Positions 1 through 9,729 of a stretch of DNA of 63,327 bases are shown one piece after another. The DNA comes from a virus (Duplodnaviria > Caudoviricetes): positions 1 to 63,327 of IMG/VR virus record IMGVR_UViG_3300025325_000020. One strand, written 5' to 3'. Each line of letters begins with the position of its first letter. The first letter of the stretch is position 1. The notes beneath the pieces were generated by a model. It searched no databases and was not told the origin of the DNA. It saw only the letters and a program-made list of their open reading frames with translations. A program made the translations under genes and the position numbers.

Positions 1-1128
1 GTGTTCGGCATCATGGGCATCGTGGCCGGCTTCTGGGGCATGCAGATCGCGGCCGTCTCCAACGGCATTGCCACGGCGATCGATTACATCCGCACGGCCA
101 TCGACGCGTTCGCCCCCCTTTGGGGCTGGCTGCACGACGCCTGGGGGGACGCAAGCTGGATCGAGAAAATCGGGCTGGCCATCGCCGGGGTCGCGATTAC
201 CATCGCCGAGGTCCTGACCATTGCGCTGTACGGCATCGCCGGCTATATCAAGGGCTGGGTGCTGGGCGTGGTGGGCTTCTTCACCGACCTGTACAACAAG
301 CTGGTGGGCCGCTCCGTGGTGCCCGAGATGATGGACGCCATCTACAATACGATCACCGGCATCCTGACCAGCACCGTGACCTGGGTAGGAACGAAATTAG
401 GGGAGATGGTCACGGCCTTCACGACCAAGTTCACCGAGATCACCACCGGAGTGACGACCGGCGCGCAAACGATTTACGATACGGTTACGGGCAAAATTAC
501 GGAGCTCTCCACAGCGTGGGGCACGGCCTGGGGCACCATAAGGGATACTTTAGGCGGGATCTGGACCGAGATCACCACCGCGGCCGCCACCAAGATTGGG
601 GAAGTACTCACCACGATTACCACCGGGCTGGACGATACGCTGACGGCCATTGGCTTGAAGGTGATCACTTTCTACAACGCCGGCGCGGACCTTATCGGCG
701 GCATGGTGCAGGGCGTGCTGGACGGAGTGCAATACCTGATCGATGCGGTGGTGCAGGCCATCAAGGACGCCATCGAGGCCGCGCGCAAGTTCCTGGGGGC
801 CGAGAGCCCGGCCAAGCTCACCATGGAGCTGGGCGTGGACGCCATGGCCGGCTTCGCCTTGGGGATGGAGACCGAGGGCCAGACTTTGGCGGATGCTTTG
901 ACTGCGGCCCTCGTCCCGCTCGAGCGGCGCTTCTCCAGCCTGCCGGCCTATGCGGGCGGGGGGTACGCGCCGGCGCCGATGATGAGCACGTCCACCACCA
1001 CCTACAACTACTACACCAGCGCGCCGAGCTTCGACTTCGGGCGCAACAATATCAACTCGCCTGCGCTGGCGGCGGCCTCCGAGGCCCGCGTGCGGCGCAT
1101 CGTGCGGGAGGAGCTGAGGCGCAGATGA
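1..1128 (+). CDS. Tape measure protein, C-terminal part (continues from 60949-63327)
   Basis: Amphipathic W/T/I/G repeats and the 'GAESPAKL...G' motif typical of TMP C-termini; in frame with the ORF at the window end. Confidence 0.9.
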   Translation: MFGIMGIVAGFWGMQIAAVSNGIATAIDYIRTAIDAFAPLWGWLHDAWGDASWIEKIGLAIAGVAITIAEVLTIALYGIAGYIKGWVLGVVGFFTDLYNKLVGRSVVPEMMDAIYNTITGILTSTVTWVGTKLGEMVTAFTTKFTEITTGVTTGAQTIYDTVTGKITELSTAWGTAWGTIRDTLGGIWTEITTAAATKIGEVLTTITTGLDDTLTAIGLKVITFYNAGADLIGGMVQGVLDGVQYLIDAVVQAIKDAIEAARKFLGAESPAKLTMELGVDAMAGFALGMETEGQTLADALTAALVPLERRFSSLPAYAGGGYAPAPMMSTSTTTYNYYTSAPSFDFGRNNINSPALAAASEARVRRIVREELRRR

Positions 1129-1150
1129 CGGCAACGCAACGGAGCTGCTT

Positions 1151-3235
1151 ATGCTAAAACGACTGCCGATCGAGTTATTCTTGGTCACCCACACCGACGC
1201 CGAGCCGGGGGCGCTCTCCTACGAGCAGCGCATCGATCTCTTGCCCTACCTGGACGAGTGGATCCCGGGCAGCCCGGCGCTCAAAGAAGGCGGCTTGTTC
1301 CTATCCGGCGCTTACACGGATGGGCGGGAGATCGCGCTCGCGCTTTACGAGAACGTGACCGAAGCATTGTCGCTCAAACCGCACGCCCGCTCTCCAGAGG
1401 CGCTGATCGCGCTCATTCGCCAGATCCGCTATTTCCTGCGCCGGGCGCGGGCGTACCATATCGCCTGGTGGCAGGATAAGCCGGTGTATCTCCAGGCGCT
1501 GTCCAGGCGCGAGGCCAACCGGCGCTACGCGGTGCTGGCCAACGGGAGGGCGCCGCAGGATTCCAATCCCTACGCCGATTCGCTCGACTCGGACGTGCTC
1601 TCCGCTATCGAAGGCTGGCCGCTCGAGTTGGAGCGCGGCCACTGGCTGTCGAACAAGCCGGGCGACGCGACCGCCACGGCTTGCATCGGTCGCTACAATA
1701 CGGCCACCTTGTTCGGCAACGTGACGCCGGGGGGGACGCTTCTGCCGGACACCACCGGCGCGGTGTACGCCTCCAATAAATCGTCGCTCTACAATCTTAG
1801 CCATATCTTTACCTACGACGCCGCCCCGCCCACCTTTAGCGCCAACCTGCTGGCCGGCGCCCTGCCTTACAACTTGCTGCCCGCCGGAGCCGCAGTGGGC
1901 GACATGGTGTATTTCATCCGCCAGCAGATCGGCGGGCGGAGCTATTCGTTCGACAATATCGTGTTCAACCTGGCCGTTGTGGGGGCCGGTTATACCGCCG
2001 GATGGCAATATTACAACGGGGCCTGGGTGTCCCTCACTACGCTGCGAGACAATACCAACACACTCAAGGTAGCGGGCGTGAGCTCCTTACACTTCAAAAT
2101 CCCCTCGGATTGGGTTGCTTTGGCAATCAACGGCGTAACCGGGCTGGCAGTGCGCATGGTCTTATCTGCGGCCGGAGCGGTCACCCGCCCCCAGCAGCAG
2201 ACCCAGCACGTGTACACCACTGGCTGGCCGCACACCTATATCCAGGCCTCCCAGGTCGGCGGGGACCTGCCCGCTACGCTGCGCATGCGGTTAGTTAACC
2301 AATCAGACAATATCAGCACCGACCCGTCTTTCAATTACCTGCATGCCCACCGGGTGATCGTGGGATTGAGATCGGAGGCGCGCGGGCCGAACTTCGTAAG
2401 CCATATGCCGCTGTCGTTCGGCGACGATCCCTGGTTTGGTACTTTCACCCTGGGCACCAACGCTGCCTACACCGCTGATGTGACCGTGCCCTGGGGCCGG
2501 CGGGTGACCTTTGCCCCGGTGGGGGTGGGCACAGAGACGGTCCTTTTAGGCGAGCTGCAAAATGGGGTCACGGTCCCTCATTACCGCGGCCGCTTCCGTG
2601 TCTTCCTGCGGGCGCGCCAGTCGGGAGGGGCGGCGGGCGACATCTTGCTGCGCCTGGAGCTGCGCAGCGGAAACCCAATCTCCAACCCGGACTGGACCAG
2701 CGAGTACGTGCCCTTCCTGAACACCGATCCCTGGCAGATCCTGGAGTTCGGCGAGATGCAGATCGGCGCCGCGGATTACGGCAGCGCGGAGCAAGCCTAC
2801 AATACCACCATCTTGATCAGCGCCCAGGTAGTCAGCGCGACGCCGGACGTGCATCTGTACGACCTGATCTTGATCCCGGTGGACGAGTGGTCGGGTGAGT
2901 TCGCCTCCCTGGACAGCGCGGTTGCCTCCAGCCTGGGGAAGGACGTGACCTACGGTGTGCGCCTGCTGGAGATCGACTCGGTGATCGATCTGAAGCGCCC
3001 GATCCGCGCCTTGCTGCGCGTGGCCTCCGGATACTTCGAACGATGGGCCTCCTGGGAGGCCATCGCCGCCGGGCCGGCCATCCTGCAAGTCAACGCCGAC
3101 CAGCGCCTGTTCTTCCTGGCGACCCGCTACGCCGACCCGGCCGACCTCACCGATCAGCGGTCCGAGTTCGAGGTGGGCTTCAGCGTCCAGCTCGTCCGCA
3201 CGCAGCGCTACGAGACTTTGCGGGGGGAGGGCTGA
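1151..3235 (+). CDS. Tail tip protein (distal-tail-like, with probable inserted carbohydrate-binding domains), 694 aa
   Basis: First large gene after TMP; GGAG RBS; beta-rich composition. Confidence 0.6.
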   Translation: MLKRLPIELFLVTHTDAEPGALSYEQRIDLLPYLDEWIPGSPALKEGGLFLSGAYTDGREIALALYENVTEALSLKPHARSPEALIALIRQIRYFLRRARAYHIAWWQDKPVYLQALSRREANRRYAVLANGRAPQDSNPYADSLDSDVLSAIEGWPLELERGHWLSNKPGDATATACIGRYNTATLFGNVTPGGTLLPDTTGAVYASNKSSLYNLSHIFTYDAAPPTFSANLLAGALPYNLLPAGAAVGDMVYFIRQQIGGRSYSFDNIVFNLAVVGAGYTAGWQYYNGAWVSLTTLRDNTNTLKVAGVSSLHFKIPSDWVALAINGVTGLAVRMVLSAAGAVTRPQQQTQHVYTTGWPHTYIQASQVGGDLPATLRMRLVNQSDNISTDPSFNYLHAHRVIVGLRSEARGPNFVSHMPLSFGDDPWFGTFTLGTNAAYTADVTVPWGRRVTFAPVGVGTETVLLGELQNGVTVPHYRGRFRVFLRARQSGGAAGDILLRLELRSGNPISNPDWTSEYVPFLNTDPWQILEFGEMQIGAADYGSAEQAYNTTILISAQVVSATPDVHLYDLILIPVDEWSGEFASLDSAVASSLGKDVTYGVRLLEIDSVIDLKRPIRALLRVASGYFERWASWEAIAAGPAILQVNADQRLFFLATRYADPADLTDQRSEFEVGFSVQLVRTQRYETLRGEG

Positions 3236-3242
3236 TGGGGCT

Positions 3243-4403
3243 ATGACCAGCCATCAGACTTTAGGCCTCTCCCAGTCGCTGTACGACCCGCCCTGGCTGG
3301 GGGGCAAGATGCTCGACGACCAGCTCCTGGCGCGCCTGCCGAGTTACACCCACGAAGACGCCGCCTGGTTAGGCTACGACCGAGCCTCCTCGAGCGGCAA
3401 CCTGTGGCGGGACGAGATCGACGACTGGATCTCCAACGGCCTGGGCAGGAAATTGGTCACCTACAACCACGCCCAGCGCATCGTGTGGGCCGGCTGTGCC
3501 AACGTGATCCGCGCCCAGGTGGGGCCGGTATCCTACTCGGCCGGGCCGCTCATGGGCATCACCAACCGCGCCAGCGTGTATTACTCGCGCAAATACACCG
3601 ATGTTTCCCCGCCGGTGGTGGGATCAGGAGGGCTGACCACCATCGCCGAGAGCGCCGAGAGCCAGCGCCGCTACGGCATCCTGGAAACCGTTTTTAGCGG
3701 CGGGACGATGACGAAGGAGGAAGCCGAGCAGGAGCGCGACGTGTTGCTCGAGGAACGCCAGTGGCCGGACAAGACCCAGGACTCGGGCAATCAGGCCGGG
3801 GAGGGGTCGCTGTCGGTGGAATGGCTGGGCCTGGTCCATTTCCTGGGCCGCTTCGTGTACAACGACGCCACGCCCCTTACCACTACCGTGCGAACCAAGA
3901 TTTTATCCGTGCTGGCCGCCGAGCCGAACGGGCTGCTCTCCGCCGAATACAGCCAGGTAGCGGCCAACGCTTTCCTGACGGCGGCTTTCGAGGACCAGAA
4001 CCGCTACGGCCTGGATGTGATCCAAGCCGCCACGGCCCTGGGAGATGTCAACTTCGATCGCTTTCTGTTCATGGTGCGGGCAAAGGAGAGAGTCTACTAT
4101 CGGCCCATCCAGGCCACGACCGACATCGCCTACGTTCAGTATTTGACCGATTACGGCCACGAATACCGGCTTGCGAAAAACAATTCCCGCGTGTATCCCT
4201 GGGATTTGGAGCCGGGCCGCTGGGTGCTGATCGCTGACTTCGCCCCGTTTTCGGCGCAGCCTTCCGGGCGGCGCAACATGCGCTTGCAGTTCACCGAGCG
4301 GGTCACGTTCACCGCGCCTTACAGCGTACAGATCTCGGGCGGCAAGGTGGAAGCCGGGCCTCAGCTCCTGGCGCAGCTGGGATTAGGAGGGGCAAGCGCG
4401 TGA
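3243..4403 (+). CDS. Minor tail / hub (Tal-like) protein
   Basis: Second gene after TMP; 'SQRRYGILE' motif common in tail hub proteins. Confidence 0.6.
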   Translation: MTSHQTLGLSQSLYDPPWLGGKMLDDQLLARLPSYTHEDAAWLGYDRASSSGNLWRDEIDDWISNGLGRKLVTYNHAQRIVWAGCANVIRAQVGPVSYSAGPLMGITNRASVYYSRKYTDVSPPVVGSGGLTTIAESAESQRRYGILETVFSGGTMTKEEAEQERDVLLEERQWPDKTQDSGNQAGEGSLSVEWLGLVHFLGRFVYNDATPLTTTVRTKILSVLAAEPNGLLSAEYSQVAANAFLTAAFEDQNRYGLDVIQAATALGDVNFDRFLFMVRAKERVYYRPIQATTDIAYVQYLTDYGHEYRLAKNNSRVYPWDLEPGRWVLIADFAPFSAQPSGRRNMRLQFTERVTFTAPYSVQISGGKVEAGPQLLAQLGLGGASA

Positions 4404-4474
4404 GCGATGGGCTTTATCTCCAGGCCGATATTGGCGGAAGATTACTTCCGGGCCGAAAGGCGGATATCCTATGA
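4400..4474 (+). CDS. Possible 24-aa coupling mini-ORF (VSDGLYLQADIGGRLLPGRKADIL)
   Basis: AGGAGG RBS, GTGA overlap upstream, ATGA overlap downstream. Confidence 0.3.
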   Translation: MSDGLYLQADIGGRLLPGRKADIL

Positions 4475-5277
4475 GCGTTCAAGAGCAGAATTTGCAAATG
4501 GCAGATTTGCTCAGTGCCTACTTCCCGAAGCGGCGCGAGCCGAGCTTTGCCTGGGGGAACGTCATCTCCATGTTCCAGATGCTGCCCGGCTTACGCGGGT
4601 TCTGGCCGATGTCGAGCGTGGACAGCACCCCGGCGGTATTCGATCTGAGTGGGCAAGGCAGGACTCTCTCCCGGACTAACGTTACCTTCCAATGGATTGG
4701 ATTGGCCCCTACGGGGAGATGGGACGTTGCCACCACGCGTTACCTGTACCGCGCATCTGAAGCGGGACTAAGCATTAGTGGGATAGAGGGACATGTCTCG
4801 GTGGGCTACCAGGGATTGACGATGGGCGGCTGGTTCAACTTTGACGCGTTAGGTAGCCTGGAAACAGTGATGAGTAAGTGGAACGGCACAGGGAATCAGC
4901 GGTCCTATTTCCTTCAAAAATTAGCAGCGGATACTATCCAGTTTGGAGTAAGTTTAGATGGAGGCGCGGTCAATGTTTCGTCCATCACAACGACCGTTGC
5001 CACGACTGCCAGCGCATGGATATTTCTGGCGGGCCGATTCAGGCCAGCCACTGACGTGGCTGTGTGGATTAATGGTAATCAAGCCACGAATGCTGCCGCC
5101 ATTGTTGCAAGCATCTTCGCATCAACTACCCAATTTGAGATCGGCAGACTGGGAAACGCGGCGAACTACTTTACTGGATACGGCAGCCTGTGCTTCCTGT
5201 GTGCGGCGGCGCTGCCGGACTATATGATTAATCTGCTCTTCGAGCTTTCCGCCCCTCTCTTCGGAGTAACGCCATGA
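4471..5277 (+). CDS. LamG/concanavalin A-like receptor-binding tail protein
   Basis: 'LTMGGWF', 'WIFLAGRF', 'VWING', 'FEIG...YFTG' LamG-type pattern; last gene of tail module. Confidence 0.75.
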   Translation: MSVQEQNLQMADLLSAYFPKRREPSFAWGNVISMFQMLPGLRGFWPMSSVDSTPAVFDLSGQGRTLSRTNVTFQWIGLAPTGRWDVATTRYLYRASEAGLSISGIEGHVSVGYQGLTMGGWFNFDALGSLETVMSKWNGTGNQRSYFLQKLAADTIQFGVSLDGGAVNVSSITTTVATTASAWIFLAGRFRPATDVAVWINGNQATNAAAIVASIFASTTQFEIGRLGNAANYFTGYGSLCFLCAAALPDYMINLLFELSAPLFGVTP

Positions 5278-6299
5278 CGATCCCTAACGGCAAAGGCTTC
5301 TTCGCCTGGCAAATCAAGGCCATCTCCGGCGGCGACATGCAGCAAATCGCGGCCGAGGCCTGGCTTCTGGGCCTGGCGCACGCGTCGGTCAAGGTCGCAA
5401 ACGGGGTCAATAGCTACAACCTGCGCCTGGGGCTGTTCGACGACTATATCCCCGCCTTGCAGGCCGCGCTCGCGCCCATCGGCGTGGAGTCGACCGGCTG
5501 GGTGTATGTGTACGGCGACAATCCGGCCGGCGAGGCGCGCAAGGCCATCGAGCGGGCGAAGAAGTTCAACCTGAAGAGCCTGATCGTGGACGCGGAGGCG
5601 GAGTACAAGCAGGCGGGCAAGGCAAGCGCGGCGTTGGCCTACATGAAGGCGCTGCGCGCCGGGCTGCCGGGAGTCTCGGTGGGGCTGTCGTCTTACCGCT
5701 ACCCCTCCCTCCATCCGGAGTTCCCCTGGCGGGAGTTCTTATTCCTGACCGATTACTACGTCCCCCAGGTGTACTGGGCCAAGGCCCATAACCCGGCCGC
5801 CCAGCTTGACCAGACGATCTGGGAATATCGCGCCCTCGAGCATCGCTTTGGCCTGCCGGAGAAGCCCATCCTGCCGGCGGGGGCCGCCTATCACGAGGGC
5901 GGCTGGCAGCCTACTCTGGCCGAGATAGACGAGTTCGACGCGCACGCCCGCGCCCTGGGCCTGCCGGGGGTGCTGTGGTGGGAGTGGGGCCACGCGCAGC
6001 GCTACGGGTTTATCAACACCATCGCCGCCCATCCCTGGCCAACCCCTGTGCCCAGGCCGCCCGCGGAGGACTCTCCGCTCGAAGCGCGCGTGACGGCGGA
6101 CGCGCTGAATGTGCGCAGCGGGCCGGGCACCAATTACGCCATCACGGGCAGCGCCAGGAAAGGGGAGATCCGGACGATAACCGCCATCCGCTACGACGCC
6201 GGGCGCAATGAGTGGCTGTGCGTAGGCAAATTGCCTGCCCGCTGGATTTGCAGCGTGTACGGGGCCAGCCGTCTGGCGGAGCTGGTCTACGGAGCCTGA
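5274..6299 (+). CDS. Endolysin: glycoside-hydrolase-like domain plus C-terminal SH3b
   Basis: 'IVDAEAEY', 'PQVYW' in the N-terminal domain; Pro linker; 'VTADALNVRSGPGTNY' SH3b signature. Confidence 0.8.
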   Translation: MTIPNGKGFFAWQIKAISGGDMQQIAAEAWLLGLAHASVKVANGVNSYNLRLGLFDDYIPALQAALAPIGVESTGWVYVYGDNPAGEARKAIERAKKFNLKSLIVDAEAEYKQAGKASAALAYMKALRAGLPGVSVGLSSYRYPSLHPEFPWREFLFLTDYYVPQVYWAKAHNPAAQLDQTIWEYRALEHRFGLPEKPILPAGAAYHEGGWQPTLAEIDEFDAHARALGLPGVLWWEWGHAQRYGFINTIAAHPWPTPVPRPPAEDSPLEARVTADALNVRSGPGTNYAITGSARKGEIRTITAIRYDAGRNEWLCVGKLPARWICSVYGASRLAELVYGA

Positions 6300-6323
6300 T
6301 TTGAAACGGAGTGACAAATCTAA

Positions 6324-6911
6324 ATGGATGACAGCCCCATCCCAAAGCCACGCAAACGAAGGAGCAAAGCAGAGACCATGACATCGCCGCAATCTACGAC
6401 GCCGATCTCGTATGAGCAGTTGAGGCAGTACCTTTCCGAGATTACCGAGACCATCAAGCGCATCAAAGTGCAAACCGGGGAGCTGGCCGATACCCGCGAC
6501 CAGATCCGCCAGATCGACCGCTCTTTGCGCGGCTTCAACGGGGAGATGGGCCTGCTGGCCCGTTTCGTCATCCTGGAGCAGTCCATGACCGGCATGATCA
6601 AGGAGCAGATCCCCGAGATGCTGGAGGATATCACCAGCGCGGTTAAAGAGATCGTCGCCTCGCGCAACGAACTAAACACCTGCAAGCTCCACCACGACGT
6701 GGACACGCAGACCGCCAAGGCCGAGCTCGACCGGCTGCGCAGGGAGTACCAGGCGCATATCGACAGCGAGGCGAAAGAAGAAGGCAAATTTGGCGGGCGG
6801 GATTGGTTCCGCGAGAACGCTTCCACTTTGTTTATGTCGGCGGTTACGCTGATTTTGAATGCCCTGGTGATGTATTTCATCGTCTCCAGGCTCATTCCCC
6901 CTATACCCTGA
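6324..6911 (+). CDS. Coiled-coil protein with C-terminal TM helix (lysis module)
   Basis: Heptad-rich body, hydrophobic C-terminus, between endolysin and holin. Confidence 0.55.
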   Translation: MDDSPIPKPRKRRSKAETMTSPQSTTPISYEQLRQYLSEITETIKRIKVQTGELADTRDQIRQIDRSLRGFNGEMGLLARFVILEQSMTGMIKEQIPEMLEDITSAVKEIVASRNELNTCKLHHDVDTQTAKAELDRLRREYQAHIDSEAKEEGKFGGRDWFRENASTLFMSAVTLILNALVMYFIVSRLIPPIP

Positions 6912-6924
6912 AAGGAGTATCCCT

Positions 6925-7362
6925 ATGTTTGCGTTGATGTTCGCAGCCCTGGTTTCCCCCCTGGCCGTGCTTTTCGCGCCGGCGCTCCACCTGCTCTCCG
7001 GAGTCCGCCTCCAGGTGGACTGGACCGATTTCCGCAGCGTGCTGATCTGGCTGGCCGGCGTCGGCGCTCCCTACCTGGTCGGGCAGCTCCTGGCCTACCT
7101 GGCCGAGAACTGGCCGAAATGGCACGAACTGCCGCCGGTAGTGAAATTCTTTGCCCCGCTCGCACTCTCCGTGGCCCTGGCGGTCGGCGCGACCGTATTG
7201 CTCCAATACGACGATATTATCGGCGCGATCTCCCCCTACTGGGCAGTGATCATCGCGGCCGTGCTGTTCTACCTGGGCAGCCAGGTCGCCTATATCAACG
7301 CAAAGCGCGTGGGCTATGGCTGCTGGGCAAAGGAGAAAGCCAAAGCGGAAAAGTGCGGGTAA
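6925..7362 (+). CDS. Holin
   Basis: AAGGAG RBS, 3-4 hydrophobic segments, basic C-terminus, lysis-module position. Confidence 0.65.
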   Translation: MFALMFAALVSPLAVLFAPALHLLSGVRLQVDWTDFRSVLIWLAGVGAPYLVGQLLAYLAENWPKWHELPPVVKFFAPLALSVALAVGATVLLQYDDIIGAISPYWAVIIAAVLFYLGSQVAYINAKRVGYGCWAKEKAKAEKCG

Positions 7363-7403
7363 AGGAAAAGGCCGGGGAGACCCGGCCATAGCTGCAAAGC
7401 GAG

Positions 7404-7587
7404 ATACAAAGAGCCGGCGCGCATCCGGCTCCTTGTGCGAACGAATTTACCGATAAGTCAGCTTCTCGCCCTTCCCCACCAGGCGGGCCATACTCCCATT
7501 TTGCCGGACATCCTCCCCGGGGCGCGGGGTTTCCGGGCAGCAGCCTGTTACGGTTGGCAGGGTAATGGAGCGGCTGAAGGTTCGCAT
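7404..7587 (-). ncRNA. Candidate ~185-nt structured non-coding RNA
   Basis: Upstream TGTACA-17-TAAAAT; 5'/3' closing stem TGCGAAC/GTTCGCA; nested stems; terminator-like hairpin GAGCCGG/CCGGCTC-TTTG. Confidence 0.45.
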
Positions 7588-7726
7588 AGCTTATTTTATC
7601 AAAGAAAAGGGGGTTTGTACAGGTTGCGCGCGGGAAAGCAATACGGCGCTTAAACAACACAGCCGGGCTATTCGCCCGGCTGTGCGCCGTAGTCCCAGGT
7701 GAGAACCCGGGTTGTATAGGGCAGGA

Positions 7727-7752
7727 GGGCGGCTCACCGGCGCCCTTTTTTT
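7727..7752 (+). terminator. Intrinsic terminator at the end of the late operon
   Basis: GGGCG...CGCCC followed by T7, between convergent operons. Confidence 0.65.
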
Positions 7753-7763
7753 ATGCGTATAGT

Positions 7764-7979
7764 TTAGCGGGGTGGGGTAGGGGGGATCATGAATAAATTA
7801 TCTTCGTGTTCCTGATTGACAGCCCAGGCAAGCAGCTCGGTGAGCGCCAGGATCAGATTGAAAAAATAGACATCGGGCGGAATAGCCGCGAGGATGGCTT
7901 GCTTGATTTGGGCCTGCTGCTGTTTGTTGTCGAAATAGGTTTTGGAGAGCTTTCGGGGCATTTTGGGACTCGCTTTCAT
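7764..7979 (-). CDS. Hypothetical protein, 71 aa
   Basis: ORF preceded by an AT-rich, promoter-like stretch. Confidence 0.45.
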   Translation of the reverse strand: MKASPKMPRKLSKTYFDNKQQQAQIKQAILAAIPPDVYFFNLILALTELLAWAVNQEHEDNLFMIPPTPPR

Positions 7980-8115
7980 GTTTTACTTAATAATAATTAA
8001 GAAAACCATAGGTATTTTATCTAATTCAGAGAAGATAAATCCTGGAGACGCCATCTCCCCTACCGGGAAACGGATGTAATACTATGCGCAATGGTTTGCC
8101 GGTCCGGAGCCATAA

Positions 8116-8850
8116 TCATTTCTCGATGTAGCCCTGCATTCTCCTCGCCAGGGATGCCAGGAATCTCCATGACGGCGCCTCCGCTTTTCTGTCCGGCGCT
8201 TCTTTGGCAATCTTGACAGTTCCATCCGGGCTTATCTCCATCAATCCGCATTCCTCCGGCATCTCGTATTTTGTCATCAAGCCGCGCGGCCCGACGAAAT
8301 AGAACCGGTTGGAAACATTCAGCGCCGGTTTACGCTTATACGGGTCGGCTAATTCTTTCAGGAAATCCGAACGGTAAACCTTGATCTCGAATGCAATCTT
8401 GAGATAGCCCTTCGAGGGCCAGGTATGCATGGCCCAGGCGTCGATGCGCTGCTCCGAATCCTTGCCAAACCCGGTGCCATAGCGCAGCTCGTCGAAGAAC
8501 ACCCACTCCGGAGCGGTGTGCCTCGAGCGCAGGATTTCGACGATCTCACCGGCGGTAAAGCTGGGCCTCTCTGGGTCGAAGTCAGAGCCGCCCAGCATTG
8601 CCAGCGCTTCCCGCCCTGCCTGGGAGAGAACGTACTTACGATCCACCTTCTCTATCCACCCGTGCTTGAGAAGCGCGCCGAAGGTGGCAGCGGTAATTTC
8701 CTTGAACTGCTGGCCAGGGGTAGACGCCAGATAGCAGCCCCAGGCATGACGGCATTTGTTGCGCCGATCGAAATCGGCGTGAGCGTACGCGTTGCCGGCG
8801 GACAGCTCGCGCAGCAGGATGGCCTGGGGAGGAGTGGGTTTAGCGCTCAT
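8116..8850 (-). CDS. MmcB-like PD-(D/E)XK nuclease with N-terminal winged-helix-like region
   Basis: 'RIDAWA...AFEIKVYRSDFLKEL...SNRFYFVGP'. Confidence 0.7.
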   Translation of the reverse strand: MSAKPTPPQAILLRELSAGNAYAHADFDRRNKCRHAWGCYLASTPGQQFKEITAATFGALLKHGWIEKVDRKYVLSQAGREALAMLGGSDFDPERPSFTAGEIVEILRSRHTAPEWVFFDELRYGTGFGKDSEQRIDAWAMHTWPSKGYLKIAFEIKVYRSDFLKELADPYKRKPALNVSNRFYFVGPRGLMTKYEMPEECGLMEISPDGTVKIAKEAPDRKAEAPSWRFLASLARRMQGYIEK

Positions 8851-8852
8851 GT

Positions 8853-9152
8853 CTAGCCATTCCCCCCACCCCACACATGCCGCCTATATTCGGCCAGGAG
8901 GCTGATAAAGGCATCCATCGCTTCCACGCTCTTTAACCGCATCACGAAGCGCGCCTCGTCCATGCCCTCGATGTGGAATATCACGTGCACCTGGGTAGGC
9001 TTGCCGCGGCCCGGCTCCGGATCGGGCGACCAGGCGATGGTATGGAATTCTTCTATGCGCAAGAACTGCTTGACGCCGGGGAACAGCCCTTCCAGGTTGC
9101 CCGGGCCGGTATCTGTGTAGGGCCATTTAGGGTGGCGCTTGCGGGGGGTCAC
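8853..9152 (-). CDS. Hypothetical protein
   Basis: GTGA-coupled ORF in the leftward operon. Confidence 0.55.
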   Translation of the reverse strand: MTPRKRHPKWPYTDTGPGNLEGLFPGVKQFLRIEEFHTIAWSPDPEPGRGKPTQVHVIFHIEGMDEARFVMRLKSVEAMDAFISLLAEYRRHVWGGGNG

Positions 9153-9511
9153 GATTGCACCGTCGCAAGCAAGGCCGCGCGGCAAATCGCCAGGGGCGCG
9201 GTATCGGCCCGCGCTAGAATGAGAGGAATTGGTTTATTGTCCAGATATTCGACTTTAACCTCTTCGTCAAAAACAAGCATTATTATTCGGCCTTGAGTAC
9301 GCATTTTCTCAACCACATACCAAGCCGCGGCAATATCGGTGCTGTGATTGTCAGGAAGGACCAGATCACCGGAGGGGATCTTTATGACGTGCTGGATGGT
9401 TCCAAGTTTCGTAGTATGCTGAATATATTCCCCTTGCTTTAAAACCACTGAGGAGATCAAAGCATTCATCTCCGGACCGGCTTCCATTTTCAGGATATCG
9501 TCTCTTGTCAC
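9149..9511 (-). CDS. Phage ABA-sandwich (BC1872-like) domain protein
   Basis: 'STDIAAAWYVVEKM...ADTAPLAICRAALLA'. Confidence 0.75.
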   Translation of the reverse strand: MTRDDILKMEAGPEMNALISSVVLKQGEYIQHTTKLGTIQHVIKIPSGDLVLPDNHSTDIAAAWYVVEKMRTQGRIIMLVFDEEVKVEYLDNKPIPLILARADTAPLAICRAALLATVQS

Positions 9512-9729
9512 GGCTTCCATCCTTCCAGCTTGATAAACTCGTGGAAATCGCAGCCCTCGTGCGGGCAAACCACGGACGGGCTGACGGTCCCATCAAGGCC
9601 GATCTCGTGATCGCTCAGCGTTCCGATATGGCCGCGCGGGCAGCAGAAGAGGGCGGTTCTGCCGGTAGGGGTTGTGCCGCCCTGCCAGGAGCAGGGGGTA
9701 AGGCGAGGGTCGTAGGGGACAACGATCAT
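9508..9729 (-). CDS. DUF6527-like small Cys/His protein
   Basis: 'CCPRGH...TVSPSVVC...CDFH'. Confidence 0.55.
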   Translation of the reverse strand: MIVVPYDPRLTPCSWQGGTTPTGRTALFCCPRGHIGTLSDHEIGLDGTVSPSVVCPHEGCDFHEFIKLEGWKP

